Part shown: piece after piece, positions 1 to 11,083 of the stretch | How the letters are laid out: each line of letters opens with the position of its first letter | How positions within the stretch are numbered: position 1 is the first letter of the stretch | Source of the DNA: Cyanobacteria bacterium P01_F01_bin.150 | GTDB lineage: Bacteria; Cyanobacteriota; Cyanobacteriia; CAKZMO01 | Assembly (NCBI GenBank): GCA_039189765.1 | Contig: JBCCYL010000004.1 | Location: 64,001 to 128,000 of the forward strand | Direction of reading: 5' to 3' | DNA length: 64,000 nt | Notes under the pieces: generated by a model | Seen by the model: the letters and a program-made list of their open reading frames with translations, nothing else | What the model was told of the DNA's origin: nothing | The model's database searches: none | Translations under genes and position numbers: made by a program

Positions 1-1
1 C

Positions 2-220
2 TTTATCTTCCAAAACAATGCTGGGTCAAGCTCCATTGTGCTTGATAGCAACAGTAGTGGAAACGTCAGTGCATTTTTTGAAGTGGTGGACTTGAATGAT
101 GCGTTAGGGGTTCTAAGTAGTAATACCACTCTCTCTGGTACAGTAACCCTATTACCGGACAGTTCAGCCTTTGCTGATAATGTAGGAGCAACAGATAGTT
201 GCTTCACCGATGAAGATTAA
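2..220 (+). CDS. 3' end of a CDS truncated by the window edge (Ser/Asn/Asp-rich, possibly secreted or surface protein)
   Basis: Frame is open from position 2 (FIFQNNAGSSSIVLDS...FTDED*) to TAA at 218-220. Confidence 0.5.
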   Translation, partial: FIFQNNAGSSSIVLDSNSSGNVSAFFEVVDLNDALGVLSSNTTLSGTVTLLPDSSAFADNVGATDSCFTDED

Positions 221-255
221 TGATCACTAAATCATTTAAAACCTTCAATAAGGGA

Positions 256-364
256 TAGCCTGAATTATTCACCAGGATTCAGGAAATAGGATAGGCAAAG
301 GACGCTAGGACATGCCCATCGCGTATATTGAAAAGATGGGCACACGTTATTTTGTCCATTCTAC
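256..364 (+). repeat. REPIN-like dispersed repeat, family B, copy 1 (109 bp)
   Basis: Aligns over its full length to the reverse complement of 49320-49428. Contains inverted REP-like arms (TAGGATAGGCAAAG ... TTTGTCCATTCTAC). Confidence 0.85.
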
Positions 365-575
365 GCAATCTAATACAAGTTTTGTGCGGTGTACAGCGTA
401 TGCCGCACATTTTTTAGTGTTTCGTATGGTTCGGTTTTCTCATCCTGTTTTTTAACTTGTCTGACTTCTAAACTGAAACTATATACTCCTCCGCGTTGCG
501 CGGGGGATACACCTCCAAATACTAGCCGTTGGCAATATAGATTATATTTTAGGCTCATCAACAAGGAGTAACCGC

Positions 576-2756
576 ATGGGAGGATCAACCCGACAATCAG
601 GGGAACAGCTAGCGCGGTGGCAGTGGGCTGTCTTAGCGTTGCCAATTGTGAGTATTGTCGGCTTTGTTATGGTTGCGGCAGGAGTGCAGATTCATGCTTG
701 GGGTATAAGCTGGATTTGGGCCATTATGACCCTTATTTTTGTGGGATGGCGATGGCTGGCGGTGAAGTGGACTCAACCCTTGCTTCAACAACTCAGCGGT
801 GCAATTGTTGATCTACAGACTGAGCTAGATACGACATTGGCAGATCGCTCAGAGCTAGAGTTAGATGCCGAGATTATCAAACAGGCTGACATCGCTATTA
901 GAAAAATTTTGGACAATTCCCAAGATGATGGACCGATTTGGGAAGATTGGCCGACTTTCTGGCAACGGTGTCAGGAAGTGGTGAGTGCGATCGCCCATCT
1001 CTATCACCCTGACGTCAAATATCCTCTGCTCAATATCCATATTCCCCAAGCCTATGGCTTAATCCGAGGCACGGTGGATGATATGGACCTATGGATGCAA
1101 AAATTATCCCCGATTTTAAATCAGGTATCTGTGGGACAAGCCTATCGCGCTTATGAGGTGTACCGGAAAATAGAACCATCGGCTCGTAAACTAGGTAAAG
1201 TATGGAGCTGGGCACGATGGCTCTGGAATCCGGCAGCGGCAGCGGCCCAGACGATGAGCCAGCCTTACAATAATCAGGCAACCCAGCAACTATTGGTGAA
1301 TTTGAGCCAGTCCCTGCGAGAGGTCGCCTTGCATACGTTAGGCCAGCAGGCGATCGCTCTCTACAGTGGCAAATCCCCCAATCCTCCAGGGACGTTGAAT
1401 TTATCCAACAACGTCCCTGAAACTCTCCGTCCTTTGAACGACATATCCAATGAACCGCTAATCGCTACCCCATCTACAGGTTCATCTACAGGTTCATATA
1501 CAGGTTCATCTAAAAGTTCATCATCTTCTACATCGGTTCAAACTGTCCCCTCTAAGTCGGTTCGTCAAGTAACTTCTTCTCAAACGTCTAACACTCCTAG
1601 CCCGTCAATCGTAAAGCCGCTGCCCCATACCCAAACCATCCAGACCATCTTAGACCAGGCCAATCCAGCGGAGCAGGTCAACCAAGACCCGGTAAAAGTT
1701 TTGCTGGTGGGGCGAACAGGGGCAGGAAAAAGTAGTGTGATCAACACGCTGTTTCAGGCGGAGACCGCCACTGTTGATGTATTGCCCAGTACCGACCAAA
1801 TCCATGCTTATCAATGGCCTTCTGAGCATAACGCAGCAAGCTTACAGCCCTCTGAAGAGGCCCAATTAATTCTTTGGGATAGCCCAGGATATGAACAAAC
1901 GGATCAGACTGCATTCCGAGAACAGGTTCTGAACCAGGCCCAAGCAGCAGATGTGATCATCCTGGTTACTCCTGTAATGGACCCTGCCTTGCAGATGGAT
2001 GTGGATTTTTTGACGGACCTTAAACGAGAGGCTCCAGATTTACCCGTTTTTGTAGTAGTGACTCAAATCGATCGAGTGCGTCCAGTGCGGGAGTGGAATC
2101 CTCCCTATGACTGGCAACAGGGAACGAGGGCAAAGGAGCAGACAATTCGTGATGCGATCGCCTATCGCCAGAGCATTCTTGACGCTGTTTGTGATCAGGT
2201 TTTGCCCCTTGTCACGCTGGAAGTAGGATTGGATGGACATATTAAACGACTACCATGGAACGACGAAATTCTTGTAGAAAGAGTGATAAACGCGATCGCT
2301 CCCGCTAAACAGCTACGCCTTGCTCGGTTTCTTAAAAATCAAGAATTACAAGCCCATGCTGCTGCTAAGATTATCCACAGTTATACTATTCAGATGACGA
2401 CAGCCCAAGGAATTGCGTCGTTTTTAAAGAGTCCAGTTCTGAAATTTATGTCTACCCTGACGACCGGGTCTCCAGACTTAGCCTATCTTTTAGAAGAGCA
2501 GATTCCAGTGGAGCAACTTCCCCTTGTTACTGGCAAACTCCAAATGGCCTACGATTTACACAATGCCTTGAGCACTGAGGCAGATGCAGCATTTAACTTG
2601 TTGTCGCTGTGGCCACTGCTGCTGGATTGTGCAGGAAGTCCTCGCGAAAATGCAGCGCTGTTTGGCCATGTGTTAGTAGAACACTTTATTCAACAGACAT
2701 CAACGGAAACACTGCATCATCGATTTTATAAGCAGATTGACCAGCTATCCAACTAA
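576..2756 (+). CDS. Membrane-anchored P-loop GTPase family protein
   Basis: Two N-terminal TM helices, G1 GRTGAGKS, G3 DSPG, G4-like TQID, and a Ser/Thr/Pro-rich linker. Confidence 0.8.
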   Translation: MGGSTRQSGEQLARWQWAVLALPIVSIVGFVMVAAGVQIHAWGISWIWAIMTLIFVGWRWLAVKWTQPLLQQLSGAIVDLQTELDTTLADRSELELDAEIIKQADIAIRKILDNSQDDGPIWEDWPTFWQRCQEVVSAIAHLYHPDVKYPLLNIHIPQAYGLIRGTVDDMDLWMQKLSPILNQVSVGQAYRAYEVYRKIEPSARKLGKVWSWARWLWNPAAAAAQTMSQPYNNQATQQLLVNLSQSLREVALHTLGQQAIALYSGKSPNPPGTLNLSNNVPETLRPLNDISNEPLIATPSTGSSTGSYTGSSKSSSSSTSVQTVPSKSVRQVTSSQTSNTPSPSIVKPLPHTQTIQTILDQANPAEQVNQDPVKVLLVGRTGAGKSSVINTLFQAETATVDVLPSTDQIHAYQWPSEHNAASLQPSEEAQLILWDSPGYEQTDQTAFREQVLNQAQAADVIILVTPVMDPALQMDVDFLTDLKREAPDLPVFVVVTQIDRVRPVREWNPPYDWQQGTRAKEQTIRDAIAYRQSILDAVCDQVLPLVTLEVGLDGHIKRLPWNDEILVERVINAIAPAKQLRLARFLKNQELQAHAAAKIIHSYTIQMTTAQGIASFLKSPVLKFMSTLTTGSPDLAYLLEEQIPVEQLPLVTGKLQMAYDLHNALSTEADAAFNLLSLWPLLLDCAGSPRENAALFGHVLVEHFIQQTSTETLHHRFYKQIDQLSN
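1471..1521 (+). repeat. In-frame 12-bp tandem repeat (CATCTACAGGTT x ~4) in the GTPase linker
   Basis: catctacaggtt catctacaggtt catatacaggtt catctaaaagtt, encoding STGSSTGSYTGSSKSS. Confidence 0.85.
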
Positions 2757-2758
2757 AG

Positions 2759-3238
2759 TTAATATCCATCTTGCAAGGCTGGTAAAAGAATAGAGGTGCA
2801 GTGGGCATTGATAATGTGCTGGAGCGCTGCTTCAACGGTTTTAAATACTGGGATTAAGTGCATTTCCGCCATGGCCTGAACATAAAATCGGCCTCGATTC
2901 AAATCACGGCATTCAGCATCAGAAATAATACTTCCCTCTATCTCATGCCCTTTTTCCACATCGCTTAAGACGAGCACTAGAGGCCGTTTCTCTGATATGC
3001 AGTACGCTGCCTCTGCTAAACTTGCCACACCACGAGTTTGGCCATTAATTACAAACAAGAGAATACTGGCCTCTTCCTTAGCCTGTTGTTCGATATACTC
3101 GCATTCTTCTGTCCACTCCCCCACGCCTAGCTGAGGGTTAAAGTACGATAGTCCTGCTGCCTCTAAAGCTGGGATAGCGATATCCTGACGCCAGGTCGTT
3201 GTTCCACAAGCTCCACCTAGAAAAACGTTTGACTTCAT
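2759..3238 (-). CDS. Nucleoside 2-deoxyribosyltransferase-like (NDT/TIR-fold), Raw-like domain protein
   Basis: Motifs VFLGGAC-TTWRQDIAIP-YFNPQ-EQQAKEEASILLFVI-TRGVASLAE. Confidence 0.7.
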   Translation of the reverse strand: MKSNVFLGGACGTTTWRQDIAIPALEAAGLSYFNPQLGVGEWTEECEYIEQQAKEEASILLFVINGQTRGVASLAEAAYCISEKRPLVLVLSDVEKGHEIEGSIISDAECRDLNRGRFYVQAMAEMHLIPVFKTVEAALQHIINAHCTSILLPALQDGY

Positions 3239-3424
3239 AATGCTATTTTCTGATGCTAAGTTAGCAGTGACTACTTACATATGGTTACGAACAAACATCC
3301 GTTCAATAACAGCGCGATCGCCTATTTCCAGAATCTCATCGTTTTATGCATCCGCATATTTGCCCAACGCTCCTTAATATTTTACGACCATATACTGGCT
3401 TAATTCGTTCCCCAGTAACTTTAT

Positions 3425-4450
3425 TTAAACCATAGTTAAAACATTAGGATTGCGTAAGTCCTGCAACGTACGGCACCCAGAACAAAATAGTGTCGTCGTT
3501 ATTTCCGCTACTAAAAAGTTCATCAGTTCTTGTACCGCATCGTCTGAATCGGCGGCAGCTTGTAAAAAGGGAAGGGCTAATCCAGCCATATCAGCTCCTA
3601 AGGCAATTGTTTTTGCCACATCCAATCCATTTCGGATGCCGCCGGAGGCAATTAGTGGAATGTGAGGCGCGACGGTTCGAATGGTCTGAATACATTCAGT
3701 GGTAGGGATGCCCCAATTCCCAAAGGTTTGGCCCAAACGTCGCTGCAACTTATCTTTGGCCCGTTCTCCCTCTACCTGAGCCCAGGACGTGCCCCCTGCA
3801 CCTGCTACGTCAATGGCGCTCACTCCAGCATTAATCAATTTTTGGGCCATGACCGCAGATATCCCATTCCCCACTTCTTTGGCAATCACAGGTACCGATA
3901 GGGCATTACAAAGATGCTCGATCTTAGCGAATAGACCACTAAAATTTTTATCTCCATTACTTTGGACACATTCTTGCAGCGGATTGATATGGAGAATTAA
4001 CGCATCTGCTTGTAGGGAATCCACTGCTCGCAGACATTCATCCAGACCGTAAGAATAATTGAGCTGTACGGCTCCAATATTGGCTAGCAGTAGGATATCT
4101 GGAGCAAGCGATCGCACCGCAAATGTATCTGTCACTTCTGGTTTTTCAATTGCCACCCGCTGGGACCCCACTCCCATGGCAATGCCATATTCCTGCGCGA
4201 CCGTCGCCAGTCGCTGGTTAATATGTTTGGCCTGTTGAGTTCCCCCTGTCATAGAGGAAATAAGTAGGGGCGATCGCAGTGCTTTACCCAGAAAAGATGT
4301 GGAGATATCTATATCAGTCCAATCCAACTCTGGCAAACAACAGTGGGTAAAACGATACCTTTCTAATCCAGTCGAGTTCGTATGAAACTGTACGTCATCT
4401 TCCAGGCAAACACGTATATGGTCAGCTTTACGAGCTTGGGTATTACTCAT
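3425..4450 (-). CDS. fni: Type 2 isopentenyl-diphosphate delta-isomerase
   Basis: RKADHI, ISSMTGG, GVGSQR, HINPLQE, KEVGNG and [10 protein letters not shown] motifs. Confidence 0.96.
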   Translation of the reverse strand: MSNTQARKADHIRVCLEDDVQFHTNSTGLERYRFTHCCLPELDWTDIDISTSFLGKALRSPLLISSMTGGTQQAKHINQRLATVAQEYGIAMGVGSQRVAIEKPEVTDTFAVRSLAPDILLLANIGAVQLNYSYGLDECLRAVDSLQADALILHINPLQECVQSNGDKNFSGLFAKIEHLCNALSVPVIAKEVGNGISAVMAQKLINAGVSAIDVAGAGGTSWAQVEGERAKDKLQRRLGQTFGNWGIPTTECIQTIRTVAPHIPLIASGGIRNGLDVAKTIALGADMAGLALPFLQAAADSDDAVQELMNFLVAEITTTLFCSGCRTLQDLRNPNVLTMV

Positions 4451-4598
4451 GGGATATTAATCTAAGCAAACATCTGGGTAAACATCTAATTCCTGAATCA
4501 CAATCCATAATTTGTGGACCGGAACCCAAGGCTCTTAAAACTCTGAGTTCCATCACTAGCTTCTTTGGCGACCTCCCAATCATGGCTTAGCTGAATGT

Positions 4599-5141
4599 CT
4601 AACGGGGGCGAGTAATTAGCTCGACAGCATCACGGTCATCGATGCTTTGTAAATAAACTTTTACCTGCTCCTCTGTCGCTGTGGGCAGACGTTTTCCTGT
4701 GAAATCAGGATGGATAGGGAGATCTCGATGGCCTCGATCCACCAGCACTGCAAGGCGGATTATGCTTGGACGACCGTAATCTGTGACGGCATTAAGAGCA
4801 GCCCTAACGGTTCGGCCTTTATAGATGACATCATCGACTAAGATGACGACACGCCCAGATAAATCAAAAGGAATTTGAGTCTTAGCAGGTGTCCTCAACT
4901 TTATTTGATCCAAGTCATCTCGATAAAACGTGATGTCCAATGCTCCTAAAGGTACCTGAACCTGTTCCAAGACCTCAATTTGACGAGCTAATAACTGGGC
5001 TAACGGCACTCCACGGGTGTAAATACCCAACAAAATCAGATTAGAGAGATCGGTGGTTTGTTCAACAATTTCAGAGGCCAATCGAGTTACTGTACGTCGA
5101 ATTTCTTCGGCAGAGAGGATTTCAACAATTTCAGAAGCCAT
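4599..5141 (-). CDS. pyrR: Bifunctional pyrimidine regulatory protein / uracil phosphoribosyltransferase
   Basis: [25 protein letters not shown] and DRGHRDLPI motifs. Start set at ATG 5141 (MASEIV). Confidence 0.95.
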   Translation of the reverse strand: MASEIVEILSAEEIRRTVTRLASEIVEQTTDLSNLILLGIYTRGVPLAQLLARQIEVLEQVQVPLGALDITFYRDDLDQIKLRTPAKTQIPFDLSGRVVILVDDVIYKGRTVRAALNAVTDYGRPSIIRLAVLVDRGHRDLPIHPDFTGKRLPTATEEQVKVYLQSIDDRDAVELITRPR

Positions 5142-5677
5142 ATTTAGAAACCATAGGATCAAGGTCAGTATTCACATCAGCTAAGTTGATGTGAACACTC
5201 TACTTTACGAGTTCAATCATTGGGTCCGATCACATAAATTTTCAATAAAGCCTAGGGAAAACACTGGCATCCCTTTTGTAGAAATGCCACAGTTTGATCA
5301 TTCAAGACATCCACCTACTTGGATGTTATGGGTATCTTAATCTAGCAGGCATTTTTAAGAGATTTCCAACGGATGTCTCTTGTTTTTCGTCATAGCGTAA
5401 ATAACGGAAAATGGGGTAAAAGATCTACCGAAACTTCATAAATTTGCTGAACGTATTCCACTGATGTTCCCGCTTAATTAAAGTATCTATCCAGCCATTA
5501 GATTGCATCACGTAAATCCTTAACGTTTTTGAGCGTCAAAAGACAGCAGTCTTTGACTTCAATCAAAATTATCAAAGAGTCGCTCAGAGCATCCATCAGA
5601 GTGTCCTTTGATGAGCGCAGGTCCGCTCCCGTATTCTTCCCAGTCTCTGAGAATACGGTATGTTTATTCGCTTTTAA

Positions 5678-5748
5678 AGGTTTCGTTTTAGAGCGAAGCG
5701 CTACTAATGCTAGTGGGCGTATAGAGCGCCTCTACGCCTTTAATTCCC
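5678..5748 (+). mobile_element. MITE family A, degenerate copy
   Basis: AGGTTTCGTTTTAGAGCGAAG left end and a gtgggcg...cgcctctac hairpin remnant. No clear TSD. Confidence 0.55.
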
Positions 5749-5848
5749 ATTTTTTACCTGATGGGCAGCCAAGTTGCCCATCAGGTTTGAGATTTAAATC
5801 ACATCATTGTGATTTCAGCCATAAACCACCATATGTCACCCGACCACT

Positions 5849-7270
5849 ATGAATATATCGATTGATGCTACCCAAATCCCCTATTCCGTTGATTGGATTA
5901 GAGAAGCTCAGGATTTATTGAATGCCTCTATTGTGGAGTACCAGGGGAAACCCATTGGTACTGTTGCAGCCCGGGATCAAGGGGTGGAAGCATTAAATTA
6001 TGACCAATGTTTTATTCGTGATTTTATCTCTTCAGCTCTTTTTTTTCTAACTGATGGTCGGACTGATATTGTGCGACATTTCCTGGTGGAAACGTTAGCG
6101 CTACAAAATAGCGATAAACAGATGGATCGGTTTAATGCCGGGCAGGGGTTGATGCCCGCTAGCTTCAAGGTGGAATCATGGGAAGAGGATCAATACCTTA
6201 CGGCGGATTTTGGAGAGCATGCCATTGGTCGGGTGACGCCAGTGGATTCTAGTTTTTGGTGGTTATGGCTGTTGAGAGCCTATGTAAAAACAACCGGGGA
6301 TATCGCTTTAGCTCATCGGCCTGAATTTCAAGAAGGGATCATGCGCATTCTCAAGCTTTGTTTGGCCGATCGCTTTGACATGTACCCAACGTTATTAGTG
6401 CCGGATGGATCCTTTATGATTGACCGTCGCATGGGAGTATCGGGACATCCGTTGGAGATTCAAGCCCTATTCTATAGTGCATTACGTGCTGCTCGTGAAC
6501 TGCTGACGCCGGGTTGTAAACGTCGAGATGTGATGATGCACGTGATTCATCAACGTCTCAGTACCCTCAATTTTCACATTCGGGAATATTATTGGCTTGA
6601 CCTCAAACGCCTGAACGATATCTATCGCTATCGTGGTGAGGAATTTGGCGCTACAGCAGTCAATAAATTCAATATCTATGCGGACTCTATTCCTTTATGG
6701 CTAACAGAGTGGATGCCTGAAAAAGGCGGATATTTAGCTGGAAACTTGGGGCCAGCCCAAATGGATTTTCGCTTTTTTACGTTGGGTAATCTGCTGGCCA
6801 TTATGGGATCTTTAGCCAGTCCCAAAGAATCCCAATCGATTATGGATTTAATTGAGCAGCGATGGACGGATTTGGTGGGGTACATGCCCATGAAGATTTG
6901 TTTTCCCGCAGTGGAAGGTGAAGAGTGGAAAATTCTTACAGGGTGTGATCCCAAAAATGTTCCCTGGTCCTACCATAATGGCGGCAACTGGCCCGTGTTG
7001 CTATGGCCGTTAACCGCAGTGGCAATCAAAACAGGGCGAAGAGAGCTGGCAGAGAGGGCGATCGCCATTGCTGAAAAGCGATTGAGCCGAGACGAATGGC
7101 CTGAATACTATGATGGCCGTAATGGCCGCCTAGTGGGTAAAGCCTCCCGTAAATATCAGACTTGGACAATTACTGGCTTACTTTTATCTAAAGCCCTTCT
7201 AAATAACCCCGAGCATTTGTCCCTGTTTTGCTTTGATGAAGATCCAGCTCTATCATCTTGGACTTACTGA
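5849..7270 (+). CDS. Alkaline/neutral invertase (GH100)
   Basis: [39 protein letters not shown] and WPEYYDG motifs. Confidence 0.95.
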   Translation: MNISIDATQIPYSVDWIREAQDLLNASIVEYQGKPIGTVAARDQGVEALNYDQCFIRDFISSALFFLTDGRTDIVRHFLVETLALQNSDKQMDRFNAGQGLMPASFKVESWEEDQYLTADFGEHAIGRVTPVDSSFWWLWLLRAYVKTTGDIALAHRPEFQEGIMRILKLCLADRFDMYPTLLVPDGSFMIDRRMGVSGHPLEIQALFYSALRAARELLTPGCKRRDVMMHVIHQRLSTLNFHIREYYWLDLKRLNDIYRYRGEEFGATAVNKFNIYADSIPLWLTEWMPEKGGYLAGNLGPAQMDFRFFTLGNLLAIMGSLASPKESQSIMDLIEQRWTDLVGYMPMKICFPAVEGEEWKILTGCDPKNVPWSYHNGGNWPVLLWPLTAVAIKTGRRELAERAIAIAEKRLSRDEWPEYYDGRNGRLVGKASRKYQTWTITGLLLSKALLNNPEHLSLFCFDEDPALSSWTY

Positions 7271-7295
7271 CAGTGACCCTGCATTTAAACTCGAA

Positions 7296-7339
7296 GCGAT
7301 CGCACTAACTCATTTAGGTTAATGCGATCGCTCTTTTTT
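7296..7339 (+). terminator. Intrinsic terminator whose stem is formed by two HIP1 sites
   Basis: AGCGATCGCA...TGCGATCGCT followed by CTTTTTT, downstream of the invertase stop. Confidence 0.65.
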
Positions 7340-7413
7340 ATGCTTTACTGATCTAACGAGAAACTGGGACGCGCTGTGCCTTAGTTTTCTGTCTTAAATT
7401 CCCTCCATACAGA

Positions 7414-8799
7414 CTAGCGACCAATGCCCACGTATTGGAAGCCTAAATCTGTCAGTAGCTGCTGGTCGAGGAAATTACGACCGTCAATCATAATTGGGGT
7501 ATTCATTTTAGACGCCATCTTGGCAAAATCTAGCTCTCGGAACTGTTTCCAATCGGTTACCAACACCAAGGCATCACATCCCTCTGCCAGCATTTCGGCA
7601 TCAGTCTCAACAAGCACGTTGGATAAACCATTTCGTAATCCAGACTGAGACACAATTGGGTCATAGGCCTTAACCCGTGCTCCCAAGCGGCTGAGTTGCT
7701 CAATTAAATCGAGTGCTGGCGCATCACGCATGTCATCAGTATCAGGCTTAAACGTTAAACCCAGGAGACCGACAGTTTTACCTTTCAATATCTTCAGCAC
7801 TTGCTGTAGCTTTTCAAGGGTCATTAGACGCTGACGCTTATTCACGTCTACGGCTGCTTTCAACAATTGCGCTTCATAACCATAGTCATCCGCCGTGTGA
7901 ATCAGAGCTGCAACATCTTTTGGGAAACATGATCCACCCCAGCCAATGCCCGCTTGCAAGAATTTACCACCAATTCGAGAGTCCAAACCAATGCCATTTG
8001 CGACCTGAGTAACATCAGCTCCAACGCGATCGCAAATATTAGCAATCTCATTGATAAAGCTAATTTTGGTTGCCAAGAAGGTGTTTGCTGCATACTTGAC
8101 CATCTCTGCTGAACTCAAGTCTGTTACAACCACAGGTACGGTAGGCAAGGACTTATCCTCTGCATACTCACGGGATACGATGGGTGCATACAGTTCCTTC
8201 ATCATGGAAATAGCGCGATCGCTATCACTGCCCAAAACGATACGATCAGGGTTAAAGGTGTCATAGACAGCAGACCCTTCTCTCAAAAACTCAGGGTTAC
8301 TGACAACATCAAAGTCTGCCGTAATTTCAGGCTCAGTTACGGTGCCTCCGCCACTGGGGACCAACGCTTTCTTTCGCTCAGCTACGCCATCCAGTACGAT
8401 CATTCGCACCCAGTCTCCTGAGCCAATAGGCACAGTAGACTTATTAACGATGACTTTATAGCCACCATTTAGATGAGTTCCAATCCCTTTTGCCACAGCT
8501 TCAACATAGCGAGTATCACTCTCACCAGTTGGTAGGGGAGGCGTTCCTACCGCAATATACAGGACATCTCCGTGGGCAACTCCTGCGGCTAAGTCAGAGG
8601 TGAATTTAATACGACCAGATTGAATAGAACTCTGCATCAATTCAGATAGACCTGGCTCGAAAATGGGAGATTGCCCAGACTGCATCAATTTAACTTTTTC
8701 TTCATTATTGTCAACACAGATGACATCGTGACCAATGTTGGCAAGACATACACCGGTAACAAGACCAACATATCCAGTTCCTATTACACAAACTTGCAT
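7414..8799 (-). CDS. ugd: UDP-glucose 6-dehydrogenase
   Basis: GTGYVG, KSTVP, NPEFLREG, GGSCFPKD and FKPDTDD motifs. Confidence 0.95.
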   Translation of the reverse strand: MQVCVIGTGYVGLVTGVCLANIGHDVICVDNNEEKVKLMQSGQSPIFEPGLSELMQSSIQSGRIKFTSDLAAGVAHGDVLYIAVGTPPLPTGESDTRYVEAVAKGIGTHLNGGYKVIVNKSTVPIGSGDWVRMIVLDGVAERKKALVPSGGGTVTEPEITADFDVVSNPEFLREGSAVYDTFNPDRIVLGSDSDRAISMMKELYAPIVSREYAEDKSLPTVPVVVTDLSSAEMVKYAANTFLATKISFINEIANICDRVGADVTQVANGIGLDSRIGGKFLQAGIGWGGSCFPKDVAALIHTADDYGYEAQLLKAAVDVNKRQRLMTLEKLQQVLKILKGKTVGLLGLTFKPDTDDMRDAPALDLIEQLSRLGARVKAYDPIVSQSGLRNGLSNVLVETDAEMLAEGCDALVLVTDWKQFRELDFAKMASKMNTPIMIDGRNFLDQQLLTDLGFQYVGIGR

Positions 8800-9034
8800 C
8801 GGACAACTCCTTATTTATCAATGAACGATTAGTGTGCTTTCGAATTAATCCTAATGACGGATGGCCAGCTTTAGCCGGTTAATGTGGGCATGAAACATTT
8901 CAAGTAGACATTTCTGACTGTCCCAAAGCGGCACCTATACAGGCATGAGTTAGGACAGAAGAGAGGAGGATATTTTCAATATCTAGTCATTGATTCCGGC
9001 GAACTATAGTGCCCCCTCTAGCTATATCGATGAA

Positions 9035-9985
9035 TTAAACAGCTACTGATTCCGCCTGTTTCTCTACGCGATTACGAAAGTCCTCAATCATCAGCTCAAG
9101 CCCTTTTTCAAGAGGGATAGTGGGTTCCCACCCTAAATATGTTTTTGCCTTAGTGATATCAGGCTTCCGGCGTAAGGGGTCGTCCTGAGGAAGAGGCTGG
9201 AACTGAATATTCGCATTTGGATTGATTCGCTTCTGAATTTCTTCTGCCAGCTGTAATATGGTGTACTCTCCTGGATTACCCAAGTTAACAGGCCCTATAT
9301 AGTCTCCGTTCATCAGCCGCATTAAGCCTTCAACCAAGTCGGAAACATAACAAAAACTGCGGGTTTGAGAGCCATCTCCATAGACTGTCAACGGGTTACC
9401 TTGCAGAGCTTGTACCACAAAGTTGCTTACAACACGGCCATCGTTTTCCAGCATCCGGGGGCCATAGGTGTTAAATATTCGAGCAACTCGGATATCCACA
9501 TCATTCTGGCGATGATAGTCAAATGCCAAAGTTTCGGCAACTCGCTTACCTTCGTCATAACAGCTACGAATACCAATAGTATTTACATTGCCTCTATATT
9601 CTTCTGGCTGGGGGTGTACATCAGGATCCCCATACACCTCAGACGTGGAGGCTAATAAGAAGCGAGCTTTTACCCGCTTAGCCAAGCCCAACATATGTAA
9701 CGTTCCCATCACGTTTGTTTTAATGGTTTTAACCGGATTGTATTGGTAATGAACCGGCGATGCAGGACAAGCCAAATGATAAATTTGATCTACTTCTAAC
9801 CGAATCGGTTCAGTGATATCATGACGAATCATTTCAAAGTAAGGATGGTTAATCCACTTCAAAATGTTCTGCTTGCGCCCAGTGTAGAAATTATCTAAAC
9901 AAACAACGTCATGGCCATCGTTCATCAGCCGATCAATTAAGTGGGAACCAATAAATCCAGCTCCACCCGTGACTAAAATTCTCAT
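9035..9985 (-). CDS. UDP-glucuronate decarboxylase (UDP-xylose synthase family SDR)
   Basis: [31 protein letters not shown] and [10 protein letters not shown] motifs. Lies directly upstream of ugd. Confidence 0.93.
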   Translation of the reverse strand: MRILVTGGAGFIGSHLIDRLMNDGHDVVCLDNFYTGRKQNILKWINHPYFEMIRHDITEPIRLEVDQIYHLACPASPVHYQYNPVKTIKTNVMGTLHMLGLAKRVKARFLLASTSEVYGDPDVHPQPEEYRGNVNTIGIRSCYDEGKRVAETLAFDYHRQNDVDIRVARIFNTYGPRMLENDGRVVSNFVVQALQGNPLTVYGDGSQTRSFCYVSDLVEGLMRLMNGDYIGPVNLGNPGEYTILQLAEEIQKRINPNANIQFQPLPQDDPLRRKPDITKAKTYLGWEPTIPLEKGLELMIEDFRNRVEKQAESVAV

Positions 9986-10431
9986 AGTTTTTTGATTTAT
10001 CACTAGAAATGCGATTGGTCATAGATAGTTCGTCTATATCTTAATTTTCTATTAAGATATAAGTATTGCACCCAAGCTAAGTTATTCCCGATTGAATTGT
10101 CCAAGGGGCAATAGGACAATTTCACTCAACATTCATACGGCTAGGCGCAACATGAATTACGGTTGAACGATAATTTAGCGAAAGATTGCCTAAAAGTGAA
10201 ACATACAGGTTGGCATGGTAAGCATCAAATATCTTCGATCAGTATGCCCACGTAACTTTTTTTTCTATCGTATCGCCCAGATTAAGCTAGAATTCATGCA
10301 GGAGCTTATGAAAAATGTAAGCTCCGATGAAATGATTGACTCTCCAGTAAAGCGGAGACTTTACGATAATATGTGAATTGTGAACTACACTCTGTGTTCT
10401 GCGGAGTGTTGATCGGTAAAATACGGAGAGT

Positions 10432-10815
10432 ATGATGAATATTAAGTCTTTGCGCCACAAGCTAGGAATGATCTTGGCTGTCGCCCTTCTAGTAGTGTCC
10501 AGTGTATTTGTTGCTTCTTCACCAACTTTAGCGGAAACGATTCAGGTTAAGATGGGTTCAGATACTAGTCAGCTAGTGTTTGATCCAAACGACATTACTG
10601 CTAGTCCTGGTGACACTATTGAGTTTGTCGTAAACCAGATGGCTCCTCACAATATTGTGTTTGACTCTGACGCTTTGAAAGCAAGCAACGACCAGCTAAT
10701 GTTTGCGCCTGGAGATAAGTCTACTGTGACTGTCCCCGATGCACCTGGAACCTACAATTTCTACTGTACTCCTCACCGTGGTGCAGGAATGGTTGGGAAG
10801 TTGACCGTTCAGTAG
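10432..10815 (+). CDS. petE: Plastocyanin precursor
   Basis: Signal peptide, VKMGSD, PHNIVF, and Cu ligands in YCTPHRGAGMVG. Confidence 0.96.
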   Translation: MMNIKSLRHKLGMILAVALLVVSSVFVASSPTLAETIQVKMGSDTSQLVFDPNDITASPGDTIEFVVNQMAPHNIVFDSDALKASNDQLMFAPGDKSTVTVPDAPGTYNFYCTPHRGAGMVGKLTVQ

Positions 10816-10931
10816 ATAGCCTTAGTGTTTCATGGAATGTTCAGTGTGTTCTTGTACCTGCCACTCTGGGTCGCTATCGGTTTCAGAATTTGTTGGTTAA
10901 TGAGATGCACTTTTTGATATTTTTGAGGTCC

Positions 10932-10961
10932 GGGGAAGCTTTAGATTGCTTCCCTTTTTTT
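10932..10961 (+). terminator. Intrinsic terminator of petE
   Basis: GGGAAGC-8 nt-GCTTCCC followed by a T run. Confidence 0.75.
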
Positions 10962-10965
10962 ATTG

Positions 10966-11046
10966 GGGTTTCGTTTTAAGGCGAAACAAAATTAATGGTG
11001 GTGTGGGCGCGTTGCACCCACACCACCCGGCCTAAAAGTTGATGCC
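10966..11046 (+). mobile_element. MITE family A copy
   Basis: GGGTTTCGTTTTAAGGCGAAAC...GGTGGTGTGGG-CCCACACCACC...CTAAAAGTTGATGCC. Flanks ttttattg/ttttattc. Confidence 0.85.
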
Positions 11047-11083
11047 TTTTATTCGACTGTTTAGCCTTTGTTGCACCTTGCGT

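Noticed and set aside
5171..5195. Hairpin upstream of pyrR as a PyrR-binding attenuator
   Set aside because: The 9-bp stem is real, but the PyrR binding-loop consensus and a terminator U-tract are absent.
5529..5852. 107-aa ORF upstream of the invertase
   Set aside because: TTG start, runs through a MITE remnant and has no motif. Probably spurious.
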